DNA of 20,000 nucleotides, from IMG/VR virus record IMGVR_UViG_3300011211_000031, positions 44,549 through 64,548 of that record; one strand, written 5' to 3'. Below, piece by piece: positions 7,791 through 16,669 of this stretch. The stretch is from an uncultured virus (IMG/VR IMGVR_UViG_3300011211_000031). Lineage: Duplodnaviria; Heunggongvirae; Uroviricota; Caudoviricetes. The notes under the pieces are model-generated. The model was not told where the DNA came from. It worked only from the letters and a program-made list of their open reading frames with translations, and made no database searches. How positions within the stretch are numbered: the first letter of the stretch is position 1; each line of letters begins with the position of its first letter. Both the position numbers and the translations under genes were made by a program.

Positions 7791-8432
7791 TTATTCATCG
7801 GATCGCAGTGCCCCTTCCATTGCCTCCACCGCGCTCGTAAGTCCATCGTGCGCGTTCTGCAAGAGCTCATCGTAAGGTTTGACAGGGTCCAAAATATCTT
7901 CGTCACCTGTGTGCTCGTGACGGTAAACGCCATGATTACCGTAATAGAAATCTGCATACTCCAGCGCAGATATGAGACTTGGGAGGTGTGCGAGTGCCGA
8001 CTGCAGAGGATCCGCTGGCGCGCCGATCTCGTGAAGATGGGGTATCAAGGTCTTCAGTTCAGGTGGCACTTCACAAAGGCGGGCCGCGCCGCTCAAATTT
8101 GGGTAGTCGTCTTCCGACCAGTCGCCTGCAATCCTTATTGCTTTGGCAACGTTTTCGCGAAGCGCAGATACTGTTGGCAGCAAGAAAAGCATGTAACTCC
8201 TCTCCCGCAGCCTTCTGGCCACTGCCGCCGATTGTTGCTCGCGCTTGTGTATCGAGTAAGGAACCGCTACCGCAACACCGATAGCCAGAATGCTGCCAAT
8301 CGCCTGAACCCAAGCGGCACTTTCCTTTGCAGCGCTGGCGTCTATTTGTATCGGCTCGGAGAAGATCGCCCAAGATGCCAGAGCACCATAGCCGAAGGCC
8401 ATTGCCATCAGAGCAATAGAATCGCGATTCAT
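7791..8432 (-). CDS. Hypothetical membrane protein (two N-terminal hydrophobic segments, AAWVQAIGSILAI motif)
   Basis: AAAGGA RBS before ATG 8432; lower GC than flanks; hydrophobic helices followed by a soluble domain. Confidence 0.8.
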   Translation of the reverse strand: MNRDSIALMAMAFGYGALASWAIFSEPIQIDASAAKESAAWVQAIGSILAIGVAVAVPYSIHKREQQSAAVARRLRERSYMLFLLPTVSALRENVAKAIRIAGDWSEDDYPNLSGAARLCEVPPELKTLIPHLHEIGAPADPLQSALAHLPSLISALEYADFYYGNHGVYRHEHTGDEDILDPVKPYDELLQNAHDGLTSAVEAMEGALRSDE

Positions 8433-8987
8433 GAGATTCCTTTCACAAGTCATAAGCGCTACCAAGCTGGAATGGTAAGCGTTGTCTGTCATCAATGGGG
8501 TTAGTCGCTGATGCACGGAACTATCGCGAGCGCGCTCTGCTCGATGCTGTGCACCAAGTCGAGCGCACCCTGCAGACCGAGGGTTGCTATGACTGGCACG
8601 CCGGCCAGATCGCCTGGGAGATGCCGCTGAGCCCAGGACGCGTCGGCGGCGCTGACCGACACCAGAACCTTGGCCTGCGCGGGTGAGCGAAGGAGGCGTA
8701 GTAGGTAGCGTTCCTGCTGTCCTCGCGTAGGAACTCTCTATCCCAGTTTGGCTTCAAAGATGGCATGGAGAGCCGGGCCCGAAATCAATTCAAGGTCGGT
8801 GCAACCGCTGTGTTCAGCGAACACTTGACTGGCCACCACCAGCTTCGCGTCCGGGGCGCAAGCCAAGGCCTTCAACCTTTCATGCCTCAGGGCGGGCACT
8901 GTTCCAGGCACCAGCCAAAAGCGGCTGTGCCCGCGTTCTCATCGCATCCGCCCAATCCAAAGCAGCTGGCAGGGGTAATGTTTCGTA

Positions 8988-9857
8988 TCAGCATGCGTTC
9001 CCATAAGGCAAGAGTGGCGACGCACTATGGCGCGCGATGCACGACTTGGCGTGCCCGGCCAGGTGCGTTGGATGGGGGCGATGGATCGCAGAGGTAGGCA
9101 GGTTTAAGGGCTTGCCTTGGAGCGCGGCGTAGTCGGTCGCGAGCAACGACGGGGCAAGCGCCACAGTGTTCTCGGGCGTGACCCAGAGCAACCCGCAGTC
9201 GAAGAGCGTGTGGAGATCAGCTCGCAACAACAGGCCGTTGTCCAACCGGTTGGTGTGCTCGCCCTTGTAGGGCAGCACATGCGCAGCCTCCAACACTTCC
9301 ACCGCCGAGCACCCGGTGATGGCGCAACGACCGCCGTAGGCGTCCAGTAGCTTAGCGCGGAACAACGGTTGGCCCCGGCGCTGGGCTACCGCTCGCATCG
9401 CCCATACCCTCGCATCGTGGGTGCTATCCAGCGGCGCGTTGAACGCATCGGCTTGCGCCTCAGCCTCTGCCCTCGCTTGCTCGTCCATCGCCAAAGAAAC
9501 CGCTTGCCATTTTCGCTCGCCAATCGGCAGCAGATCCCAATGCCCGTGCCGGGCCGGGTTGAACAGCACGTAGCGGGTGCGCCGTCGTGGTCCAGAGTCC
9601 ACCAGCTTGAACAACACGTCGTGGGGGTGGCCTTGGTCGCTTCGGCAGCTCTCGCGGGCGTAGTTGTAGTGAACCCGGCTGGCACTGTTCACCGTGAACA
9701 ACTCCAGGTCGGCCCGGGCATTGCCTAGTGGATCGTTGGGAAACCGCTCGCGGTCCCAGGCTTCCACCTCCGCCAGGGTTGCACTGCCCAATTCGTTGAT
9801 CGCCTCGGCCGCGCGCCAATACTTCACCCGATCGCGCTTGTTGCGTGGTTGCGCCAT
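8988..9857 (-). CDS. HNH endonuclease (putative restriction-type, HNH_2-like) with unrecognised N-terminal domain
   Basis: RRGQPLFRAKLLDAYGGRCAITG...LEAAHVLPY...NGLLLRADLHTLFD; AGGAG RBS. Confidence 0.92.
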   Translation of the reverse strand: MAQPRNKRDRVKYWRAAEAINELGSATLAEVEAWDRERFPNDPLGNARADLELFTVNSASRVHYNYARESCRSDQGHPHDVLFKLVDSGPRRRTRYVLFNPARHGHWDLLPIGERKWQAVSLAMDEQARAEAEAQADAFNAPLDSTHDARVWAMRAVAQRRGQPLFRAKLLDAYGGRCAITGCSAVEVLEAAHVLPYKGEHTNRLDNGLLLRADLHTLFDCGLLWVTPENTVALAPSLLATDYAALQGKPLNLPTSAIHRPHPTHLAGHAKSCIARHSASPLLPYGNAC

Positions 9858-9926
9858 GGGCTAGCTCCTTTCTCCCAAAGTGCCATGCGGATCCACGGAG
9901 GCTCGGTAATGGCTTCCGTCGAGTAT

Positions 9927-12900
9927 TTACAAGGACGCAAAGAAGTGGCGACGCAAGACGAGGTCGCTTGCTAGTTGCCCGTAAGTGCCCGACAAGAATG
10001 CTTCCCGATGTTCGCTCAGCCCATCGAACGACCGCTGGATCGCGGCTTCAAATTCTTCGTCTGGATGCCGCTGGCTGCGCGAGAACGTTGGCAGTGGGGT
10101 TTTCTCCGGCATGTCTAGGGGGGGATTTCGGTGTGCCTCAAGTGCTTCTGACAGAGATTCGTAAGCGTCCTTGAAACGTGGGTCTTTCAATTTTTCCTTC
10201 AGGGAGATCTCCGATCGGGCAAGCTCCAACGCACTCTCTACCCTGCTTCTTTCCACAAAAATTCGGTGTTTCAAGTCGGACGTTGCGTTTTGCACAGCGC
10301 TGGCGCGGGAAACGTTGCGGTTGATCTCCGCCAGCCCATTGTTGAAGGATTCGAGGATGGAGGAAAGCGTTCGCCTGGGAGGTGCGGCCTGCGGAATGGA
10401 GACGTGTCGGACCGGCTGGCTCGGAGGCACCACCGGCGCGCGTTTGGGGAGCGGCGGTGGGGTGGCGAGTGGGGAGGGGGCTACGCCGCGTCGCCTCGGC
10501 TTGTAGCTGCAAACGGGGAAATTGGAACAGGAGCGAAACTCCCCATAAGGGCCGGTGCGCAACACCAGCACGCCTTGCTTGCAGGCCGGACACGCTTCTT
10601 CCTTGACGGTTTCGCCATCGGTGTCGGTGATCCCCAATATCCCGTCTTCCACCAACTCCCGAAGGAACATCGAGCGTTGGCCACGGGCGGTGAACATTGC
10701 CACGCTGCGGCGGGCCCGGGTCAGGGCCACGTAGAAGAGCCGGCGCTCTTCGCCCAGCGGGAACGTGTCCCCTTCTGGCATGGCCAGGGCCAGCACTGGA
10801 TCGTCGGTGCGGGTGTTGGGGAAGCTGCGTCGACGCGGGGCGCTGATCATTTCCGGAAGAATGACGTAGTCCGCTTCGCTGCCCTTTGAGCGATGGATAG
10901 TCAGGAAAGACACGTCTACCCAACGGTTGAACCGGCCTTGCCTCATCGGGACATACTGCTGATCAGCGTTGTAGCGGCCCAAAACGTAAATCGATACCTT
11001 GCCGTTGCGTCCCGGTTGGATCGTGCCATCGCGCACGCCCTCGGCCAGGTTCACCACGAATTGGTCGATTGCATCGGCCAGCTGGTCCTTGGTGTCCACT
11101 TGGAACGCTTGGAGCACTGGGCCCTGGGCAGGGGTGGCCGAATACACTCGCTTGGCAATCTGCCCACGGTTCTTGGAGACAAACGCACTGGAGACGTCGC
11201 ACAGTGCCTGGGGGCACCGGAACGTTTGTTCCAGCTTCAGCACCTGGCCGTGGCCAAACCACTGGCGAAAGCCGGTCATCACCGACACGTCCGCGCCGGC
11301 AAAGCGGTTGATCGACTGCCAGTCGTCGCCCACGGCGAAGAAGAAGCGGCCCTTCTCTTGGACCAGTGCGCGGCACAACCGGGCCCGAGCGCGCGAGGCA
11401 TCTTGGAACTCGTCGGCCATCACTAGGTCGTAAGGCGATTCCACGCGGCCGTTTTCCAGGTGGCCAGCGGCGAGGTTGAGCATGTCTTCAAAGTCGATGC
11501 CATCCTCTGCTGCCAAGGCTTCGTCCCACGCCGCCATCACCTGAGCCGCGATGTCCAGGAAAATCTGGTAGCGCAGCTTGAAGGTGTCGGCGGGCATCGC
11601 GTCCAACCGTCCCTGCAGGTCTGAGGGGCTCAGACCGTTGCTCTTGGCATGGCTCATGAACGTGCGCAACAGCCCAACGAGTTCGATGTCCGCCATGGGC
11701 TTTTGGCCCCCTTCGGGAATCTTTCGATATGGGTTGGGATCAAGCACCAAGCCTCGGGAAGTCAGTTCGTGCTCCAGGCGGTCAAGGTCGTCGCCGTGGC
11801 GCAACCCATGGCTGGTGGTCTCAAAGAGCGCGGTCCCTTTCTCCACGTGAAGCTGTCGCTTCCAGATCACCCCCTCCATGTAGCCTTGAAAGTGCGCTGG
11901 TGGCACGCCGCTGGCATCGAGCGCGAAGTGCTCGTGGAACAAGTTCAAGTCTGAGTAGTAGAAATCGGGCCTGTATTGCCGGTGCAATTCGTCGGCGGTG
12001 CGGTGGGGGTAGCTGGCCTCGTAGCAGTAGTTGACCCCGTTCAAGAAGAGCAGGTTGGCGATCATCACTTCTTCCATGCTCTTCACCCGCTCGCCCCGGT
12101 TGGTGACGAGCGCGCCCTTGCCTTGGGCGTCCCACACGTCCGAGGGCTCCGGTGCACCAAACGCCGGAAGGTCCTTGCCAAAGACGAAGCGGAACAGGTC
12201 CCACTGGCGGCGGAACGCGGGCGACCGGTCTTTGAGCTGGCCCACGATGTCGGTGAGCTTTCGCACCCCGCCGGCCGCATCGGTGGCCCACTCGGGAATG
12301 TCGGGCGTTTCCCCGGTGGCCTTGCCGATGAGGCGCAAACCCAACGCGTGGAAGGTGGAGGCCTCCACGCTCACCTCCGCCATGCCCAAGCGCTCAAACG
12401 CCAAGGCCGCGCGATCCTTGAGCTCTACGGCGGCTTGCTTGTTGAACGCCAGCAGGACGATTCGCTTGGGATCCACGAACCCGCGCTGGATGGCGTAGGC
12501 CGCCTTGGCCACCATGGTCGAAGTCTTGCCCGAGCCGGCCGAGGCCACCACCTGCACGCGGTTGTCGAAGCACACCACGGCCCTTGCCTGTTCCGGGGTG
12601 AGCGGTTTGCTCTCCACTCGGTCCAGCAAGTCTTTGCAGGCCACCAATTCGCGGTCCACGTGGGCGGCATTGAGCGCGGCCCATGCAGGGCGGTGGTCGG
12701 CTTCCCACGCGGCCAGCGAGCGCTCGATCGCCTGGGCAGCCGGTCCCAATCGAACCGCCACGCCGGGCTTTTTCAGGCGCGATCGAAGAACTGCCGCATC
12801 CATCTTGGGGCGGGCAGCGAGGACGTCCTCCTGCTGCTCGTGGGTGAACCAGCGGCGCTGCTCCAAACAGCCCCGCTCTTGATCTGCCTTGTGGTCCAGC

Positions 12901-13250
12901 CACGCGTCTATCGAGCACTGCTCGCCCTTGAGGAACGCCACGTCCTCACGCAGGCGTTTCTCTGCCAATGCCACGTTCAACGCTTGAACCAAGGCCGCGC
13001 GTTGGGCGTTGGGCAACCCGTCGGCCCTTACTTCCCGGCCCTGCCCAAGATGGAACGTGATGTCGGTCCAGAAGGTGCCGGTGTTGACGCGGTATGTGGC
13101 CTCGTCCTCGACGTTGACCCGGTGGGTGCACCCGTCCAGCGCCAAGGCGAGCTCCAAGCCCTCAAGGCGCAAACGCCAATCCGATGATCCCGTTACGTGT
13201 CGGCCCACCCACGACGGGGTCCATTCCTTCGCCACCCTTTTGCTGTCCAT
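9927..13250 (-). CDS. UvrD/helicase IV (HelD)-like SF1 helicase with inserted PD-(D/E)xK-like domain, topoisomerase-type C4 zinc finger and C-terminal extension
   Basis: Q motif LTPEQ, Walker A ASAGSGKT, LLAFN, STFHALG, Walker B ADEFQD, VGDDWQSINRF, TFRC, TIHRSKGSE, EERRLFYVALTRAR; insert KSMEEVMIANLL...YE...PDFY...HEHF; CPAC...GPYGEFRSCSNFPVC. Confidence 0.93.
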   Translation of the reverse strand: MDSKRVAKEWTPSWVGRHVTGSSDWRLRLEGLELALALDGCTHRVNVEDEATYRVNTGTFWTDITFHLGQGREVRADGLPNAQRAALVQALNVALAEKRLREDVAFLKGEQCSIDAWLDHKADQERGCLEQRRWFTHEQQEDVLAARPKMDAAVLRSRLKKPGVAVRLGPAAQAIERSLAAWEADHRPAWAALNAAHVDRELVACKDLLDRVESKPLTPEQARAVVCFDNRVQVVASAGSGKTSTMVAKAAYAIQRGFVDPKRIVLLAFNKQAAVELKDRAALAFERLGMAEVSVEASTFHALGLRLIGKATGETPDIPEWATDAAGGVRKLTDIVGQLKDRSPAFRRQWDLFRFVFGKDLPAFGAPEPSDVWDAQGKGALVTNRGERVKSMEEVMIANLLFLNGVNYCYEASYPHRTADELHRQYRPDFYYSDLNLFHEHFALDASGVPPAHFQGYMEGVIWKRQLHVEKGTALFETTSHGLRHGDDLDRLEHELTSRGLVLDPNPYRKIPEGGQKPMADIELVGLLRTFMSHAKSNGLSPSDLQGRLDAMPADTFKLRYQIFLDIAAQVMAAWDEALAAEDGIDFEDMLNLAAGHLENGRVESPYDLVMADEFQDASRARARLCRALVQEKGRFFFAVGDDWQSINRFAGADVSVMTGFRQWFGHGQVLKLEQTFRCPQALCDVSSAFVSKNRGQIAKRVYSATPAQGPVLQAFQVDTKDQLADAIDQFVVNLAEGVRDGTIQPGRNGKVSIYVLGRYNADQQYVPMRQGRFNRWVDVSFLTIHRSKGSEADYVILPEMISAPRRRSFPNTRTDDPVLALAMPEGDTFPLGEERRLFYVALTRARRSVAMFTARGQRSMFLRELVEDGILGITDTDGETVKEEACPACKQGVLVLRTGPYGEFRSCSNFPVCSYKPRRRGVAPSPLATPPPLPKRAPVVPPSQPVRHVSIPQAAPPRRTLSSILESFNNGLAEINRNVSRASAVQNATSDLKHRIFVERSRVESALELARSEISLKEKLKDPRFKDAYESLSEALEAHRNPPLDMPEKTPLPTFSRSQRHPDEEFEAAIQRSFDGLSEHREAFLSGTYGQLASDLVLRRHFFASL

Positions 13251-13291
13251 GCCCCGCGATCATCCAACGCCAAAGTGAGAAGCTGATCACG

Positions 13292-13657
13292 TCATGATAA
13301 AGCGTGAAGGCCTGCTTGGGCGGCCACCTTGGCCAGCGCAGGGCGCCAAGTCCCCTTGGCCATGCGTTGCTGGACACGGACGCGATAGGCGTCGGGTGAG
13401 GGGGCCGGGGTAGGGCGCTTGTGTCGCCGCAGGTTGCACAGGTGGCACGCGGCCACGACGTTGTCTGCCACGTCCTTCCCGCCGTCCTGGCGGGGCAGCA
13501 GGTGTTCTGCCGTGCACCGAAAAGGGGCGGCCGAACGGGGGCGCAGGCCCAACTCGTCGGGCGAGCACAGCCACATTGGACCGCTGCAGTAGTAGCAACG
13601 GCCTAGCTGGGCGTGAAAAGAATGGGTGCGCAGGGTTTTGAGGGTCTTCGTGCTCAA
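13292..13657 (-). CDS. Small HNH endonuclease with zinc-binding CxxC...CxxC
   Basis: GRCYYC...TAEHLLPRQDGG...NVVAACHLCNLRR; GGAG before a TTG start. Confidence 0.9.
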   Translation of the reverse strand: MSTKTLKTLRTHSFHAQLGRCYYCSGPMWLCSPDELGLRPRSAAPFRCTAEHLLPRQDGGKDVADNVVAACHLCNLRRHKRPTPAPSPDAYRVRVQQRMAKGTWRPALAKVAAQAGLHALS

Positions 13658-13765
13658 CGGCGGGCTCCGGAATCGAAAAGGATTCCCGCGCCCCCATTGG
13701 GTGGACCTCGGGCACCCGGAGCCTATTGGCTATGCGGGCACAACACCGACGCTTTAGCGACCGGC
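13658..13765 (-). ncRNA. Candidate structured leader / cis-regulatory RNA upstream of the HNH gene
   Basis: Hand folding gives several stems and an alternative 8-bp helix that hides the RBS; no known family recognised. Confidence 0.4.
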
Positions 13766-13771
13766 AAAGCC

Positions 13772-13800
13772 GTTATATTCCAGTCTCGCCGAGTATTCAA
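13772..13800 (-). promoter_or_regulatory. sigma70-type promoter for the HNH-helicase-HNH unit
   Basis: TTGAAT (13800-13795), 17 nt spacer, TATAAC (13777-13772). Confidence 0.65.
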
Positions 13801-13815
13801 TACATAGCCCAACGG

Positions 13816-14781
13816 CTAAACTTTAGTGGACTCGCGCCCATGGTATGCTGGCGTGCGCGTCGGTTGGTCCGTATCATCGCTAAGTCCTAGGCCCAATGAA
13901 CTGGCCGCCTGAAAACGTCCGCCACGAAGCCGTTCAGGCGGCGTTGAGCTCTTGGGCGACTGGTAGTCCAAGGTGGAGTGTAGCCGGGACGGATTGTAGA
14001 AGCCGAGGATGTAGTTGGTAATTGCTTTGCCAGCTTCTTCCTGCGTGGGGTAGACGCCACTGGCCTCTTCAGCCTTCAGCGTGGCGAAGAAGCTCTCGAC
14101 CACCGCGTTGTCCCAGCAATTACCAGGACGGCTCACGCTTTGGACAACCCCTCGCCGCTGCAGTAGCAGTTGATACTGGACGCCGATGTACTGCCCGCCA
14201 CGGTCGGAGTGGAAGATCAGGCCGGGCGTTTGCGGGTGTGCGCCCCAGGCATTGTTGAACGCCTGTACCACCAGTTCCTCGGTTATACGGGAGGAGACGC
14301 TGTAACCAAGCACCTGTCGGGTCTGCACGCTCACAACCACGGCCAGGTACAGCCAGCCCTGCTTGGTTGGGATATACGTGATGTCACCGACCCATGCCGC
14401 AAGGCCCGACCCAACGTCGAAACGGCGCTCAAGCAGATTGGCTGGAAGTGAACTCGGCGCAGGCGCCGATCTACGCTTGAAACCGCCTTTGATTTTGCCG
14501 CAGATCTGCTCCTGGGCCATCAGTCGCGCCACGCGCTTGGGGCCAATGCGGTGATTGCGGGCACGCAGCTCTTTGACCAACCGGCGCCGGCCATAGGTGC
14601 GCCGGCTGGCTGTATGGATACTCCGAAGTTCAGCACGTATGCCCGCGTCGGCATCGACCGCTGTGCTTTGCTTCATGCGGCGCAGGTAGTCATGAAAACC
14701 GGACGCTGACACGCGTAGCACCCGGCACAGCAGGCCAAGTGGGTACTGAGTCCTATGGGCAGCGGCGAAGGCGTATCTCAC
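13816..14781 (-). CDS. IS3 transposase OrfB (DDE domain); C-terminus reads through the right inverted repeat
   Basis: TYGRRRL, WVGDITY, FHSDRGGQY, WDNAVVESFF, FYN-x2-RLHSTLDY. Confidence 0.93.
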   Translation of the reverse strand: MRYAFAAAHRTQYPLGLLCRVLRVSASGFHDYLRRMKQSTAVDADAGIRAELRSIHTASRRTYGRRRLVKELRARNHRIGPKRVARLMAQEQICGKIKGGFKRRSAPAPSSLPANLLERRFDVGSGLAAWVGDITYIPTKQGWLYLAVVVSVQTRQVLGYSVSSRITEELVVQAFNNAWGAHPQTPGLIFHSDRGGQYIGVQYQLLLQRRGVVQSVSRPGNCWDNAVVESFFATLKAEEASGVYPTQEEAGKAITNYILGFYNPSRLHSTLDYQSPKSSTPPERLRGGRFQAASSLGLGLSDDTDQPTRTPAYHGRESTKV

Positions 14782-15132
14782 TTGGACTCTCTCGCAAAGA
14801 ACGCCGCCGCTTTTTTTAGGATTTCCCGCTCCATCCGCAGGGTGGCATTTTCCGCCCGCAGGCGACTGAGCTCGCTCTCCAGATCGGTAGCCTGCCGGCG
14901 GGTCTGCGAACTCAGCGACCGGCCTGCGCGGACGGCCTCGATCCAGTTGGTCAGGGTCTTGACCGAAATCTCCAATTGCCGGGCCGCGGCTGCCGGGCCT
15001 AGCGACTCGGCCAAGGTCACGGCCTGGTGCTTGAACTCATCTGTATAACTGCGGCGACTGATAGGGGACATGTGGACCTCCAAGTGCGACCAAGTATCGC
15101 TTCTTGGCGTACGTCCTTGGGGGGCCAGTTCA
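13897..15132 (-). mobile_element. IS3-family insertion sequence, 1236 bp
   Basis: Terminal inverted repeats TGAACTGGCCCCCCAAGGACGTACGCCA and TGAACTGGCCGCCTGAAAACGTCCGCCA with 5'-TG...CA-3' ends; orfA/orfB; A7G frameshift motif at 14810-14817; no flanking direct repeat. Confidence 0.95.
14778..15071 (-). CDS. IS3 transposase OrfA
   Basis: GGAGG RBS; RRSYTDEFK, HTH region, leucine zipper ELSRLRAENATLRMEREILKKAAAFF. Confidence 0.95.
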   Translation of the reverse strand: MSPISRRSYTDEFKHQAVTLAESLGPAAAARQLEISVKTLTNWIEAVRAGRSLSSQTRRQATDLESELSRLRAENATLRMEREILKKAAAFFARESK

Positions 15133-15838
15133 TGAGCGTCTCATTCTCGTTCACGCGAACGAGGATATGCAGGATCTCAAACGACGTGTTCGGCAGGAAT
15201 TGAAGGCGAGAGGGCAGGTGGATAAGGAAGACTTCACGTTTCGCTCTATCGGTAAAAATAAGGTCTTTCGTGACCTTGCGTTGAGCCGGGGTGATCAGGT
15301 CATCTTCAACGTCAAAGATGAAGGCCTGGATGTCATCAACGGGACCAAGGGGACGGTGAAGAGCATCAGGCGAAGCAGTGCGGGTGGGGTGAGCCTTGGC
15401 GTCGATATCGAGCGCACCGGGGTCACGAAGACGATCCGTTTTGACTCGCACTAATACAGTGCACTTGATCGGTCGTATTGCTCAACGATCCATAAGGCCC
15501 AAGGGCAGGGGAAGACCGATATCTTCCATCTAGGCCATGCTGGGATGACCGACAACCAGAGCGCTTTGGTGGCCTTTACCCGACTAACGAAAGGCAGCTA
15601 CACCTTATTTGCCGATTCGATGAGCCTGGACCAGATCAAAGGAAAGCTTGGGCAACAGCGGCTCAAAGAGAACGCCATCGAGGTGAAGAAGCCTATGCGG
15701 GCGAAGCGGCCCGACCTTAAAAACGAGTTTGAGCAGTTGGGTCAGCAGCTGGGGCAAAAATTAAAGGTCAATTCCGGCTTCGTTGAACGTTTGATCGCTC
15801 GTCGGCTAAGACAAGCCAGGGCTGCTCTAACACGTTGA
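15133..15838 (+). pseudogene. C-terminal helicase part of a TraA/MobA-type conjugative relaxase; 5'-truncated by IS3 with an internal stop
   Basis: ORFs 15104-15454 and 15545-15838 are in one frame across TAA 15452-15454; read-through gives GDQVIF...VINGTKGTV...YCSTIHKAQG...LVAFTR (RecD-like motifs V/VI). Confidence 0.8.
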
Positions 15839-15863
15839 TTTACATAAAAATGTGTTGTAAAGT
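15835..15863 (+). promoter_or_regulatory. sigma70-like promoter overlapped by an inverted repeat (possible operator)
   Basis: TTGATT-17 nt-TAAAGT; TTTACA-N11-TGTAAA at 15839-15861. Confidence 0.45.
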
Positions 15864-15889
15864 TCTATTCGCCAGGAGTTCCTGGGATA

Positions 15890-16378
15890 TTGGGGTATGT
15901 CATGGTTTACGACTATGATGTGGATGAAGGACAGGCCCAGTTGCGTCACCAGCAGCTCATCAACGATGAGCGGGCGAGCATTGACAGGCGTCGTATTAGC
16001 ACCCGGCAGAAGTTGCTCAATCAAGCTCTTCAAAACGGCAGCTTGATCCATGAGAATGCTGCGCTGGAAAAGAACGTAGCGGTGTTGGAAGGGCGCGTCG
16101 CTCTGCTTGAGGCTCAGCTTGAATCGGTCTCCTCGCTGGCAAGAGCAAAGCTCATCAACAGTGCTGCCTTGTTAAAAACTATCCGACACCTTCGAGATGC
16201 CTGGGGGAGTGACCAACCTAATTCCAGCGTTAGAAGTGAAATTGATGATTCTCTGGATGGTTATTACAAAGACAGCACTGAAATCTGTAAAGTTGACCGT
16301 GATCTGCTTACCAATATCAGTGGGCAAATTCAGTCGTCCATCGATGGCGCTAAGCCAGCAAGGCGCAAACTGCCTTAG
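15890..16378 (+). CDS. Hypothetical coiled-coil protein (start uncertain, TTG 15890 or ATG 15902)
   Basis: Heptad pattern LEKNVAVLEGRVALLEAQL; promoter upstream, terminator downstream. Confidence 0.7.
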   Translation: MGYVMVYDYDVDEGQAQLRHQQLINDERASIDRRRISTRQKLLNQALQNGSLIHENAALEKNVAVLEGRVALLEAQLESVSSLARAKLINSAALLKTIRHLRDAWGSDQPNSSVRSEIDDSLDGYYKDSTEICKVDRDLLTNISGQIQSSIDGAKPARRKLP

Positions 16379-16384
16379 CTGCTC

Positions 16385-16408
16385 AAGCCGCCTTCGGGCG
16401 GTTTTTTT
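16385..16408 (+). terminator. Intrinsic terminator
   Basis: GCCGCC-TTCG-GGCGGT followed by a T run. Confidence 0.9.
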
Positions 16409-16471
16409 GTCTATTCATTGACAAACGTGTGATCTGGCTTTTGATGAAAAGACCCATCAGAGGAGATCACA

Positions 16472-16669
16472 ATGAATAACATCCCACATCCATTCTTGCT
16501 AACAGCTTTGCTTTTGAGCTTCGTCACCATGCTTGTGCTTTGGCCGAGCTATGGAGCCACGGGTGCTCAGCTGGCTGCATACATGACCTCAGCTGCTCTT
16601 GCACTGACCCTATGCCTAATGCGCTTTAGGAAGATATTGGAGGCAGAGCGAGTAAAGGCCGAGCGATGA
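16472..16669 (+). CDS. Small two-helix membrane protein
   Basis: AGGAG RBS; two hydrophobic segments; ATGA overlap with the next gene. Confidence 0.75.
   Translation: MNNIPHPFLLTALLLSFVTMLVLWPSYGATGAQLAAYMTSAALALTLCLMRFRKILEAERVKAER

Noticed and set aside
7629..8504. 291-aa plus-strand ORF
   Set aside because: Antisense to the membrane-protein gene, which has a good RBS; implausible Cys/Arg-rich composition
8495..8990. Short ORFs 8495-8686 and 8765-9097
   Set aside because: No RBS or recognisable motif; possibly decayed fragments, and the second overlaps the HNH gene antisense
11976..13187. 403-aa plus-strand ORF and other ORFs overlapping the helicase
   Set aside because: Antisense or alternate-frame shadows of a well-supported gene in GC-rich DNA; no motifs
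9927..13250. Calling the helicase GajB (Gabija) or housekeeping uvrD/rep
   Set aside because: No adjacent OLD-family ATPase/TOPRIM gene; size, extra domains and island context differ from housekeeping enzymes
13658..13765. Retron msr-msd, IscB omega-RNA or a known riboswitch
   Set aside because: No reverse transcriptase nearby, the HNH protein has no RuvC or PLMP parts, and I recognised no riboswitch consensus
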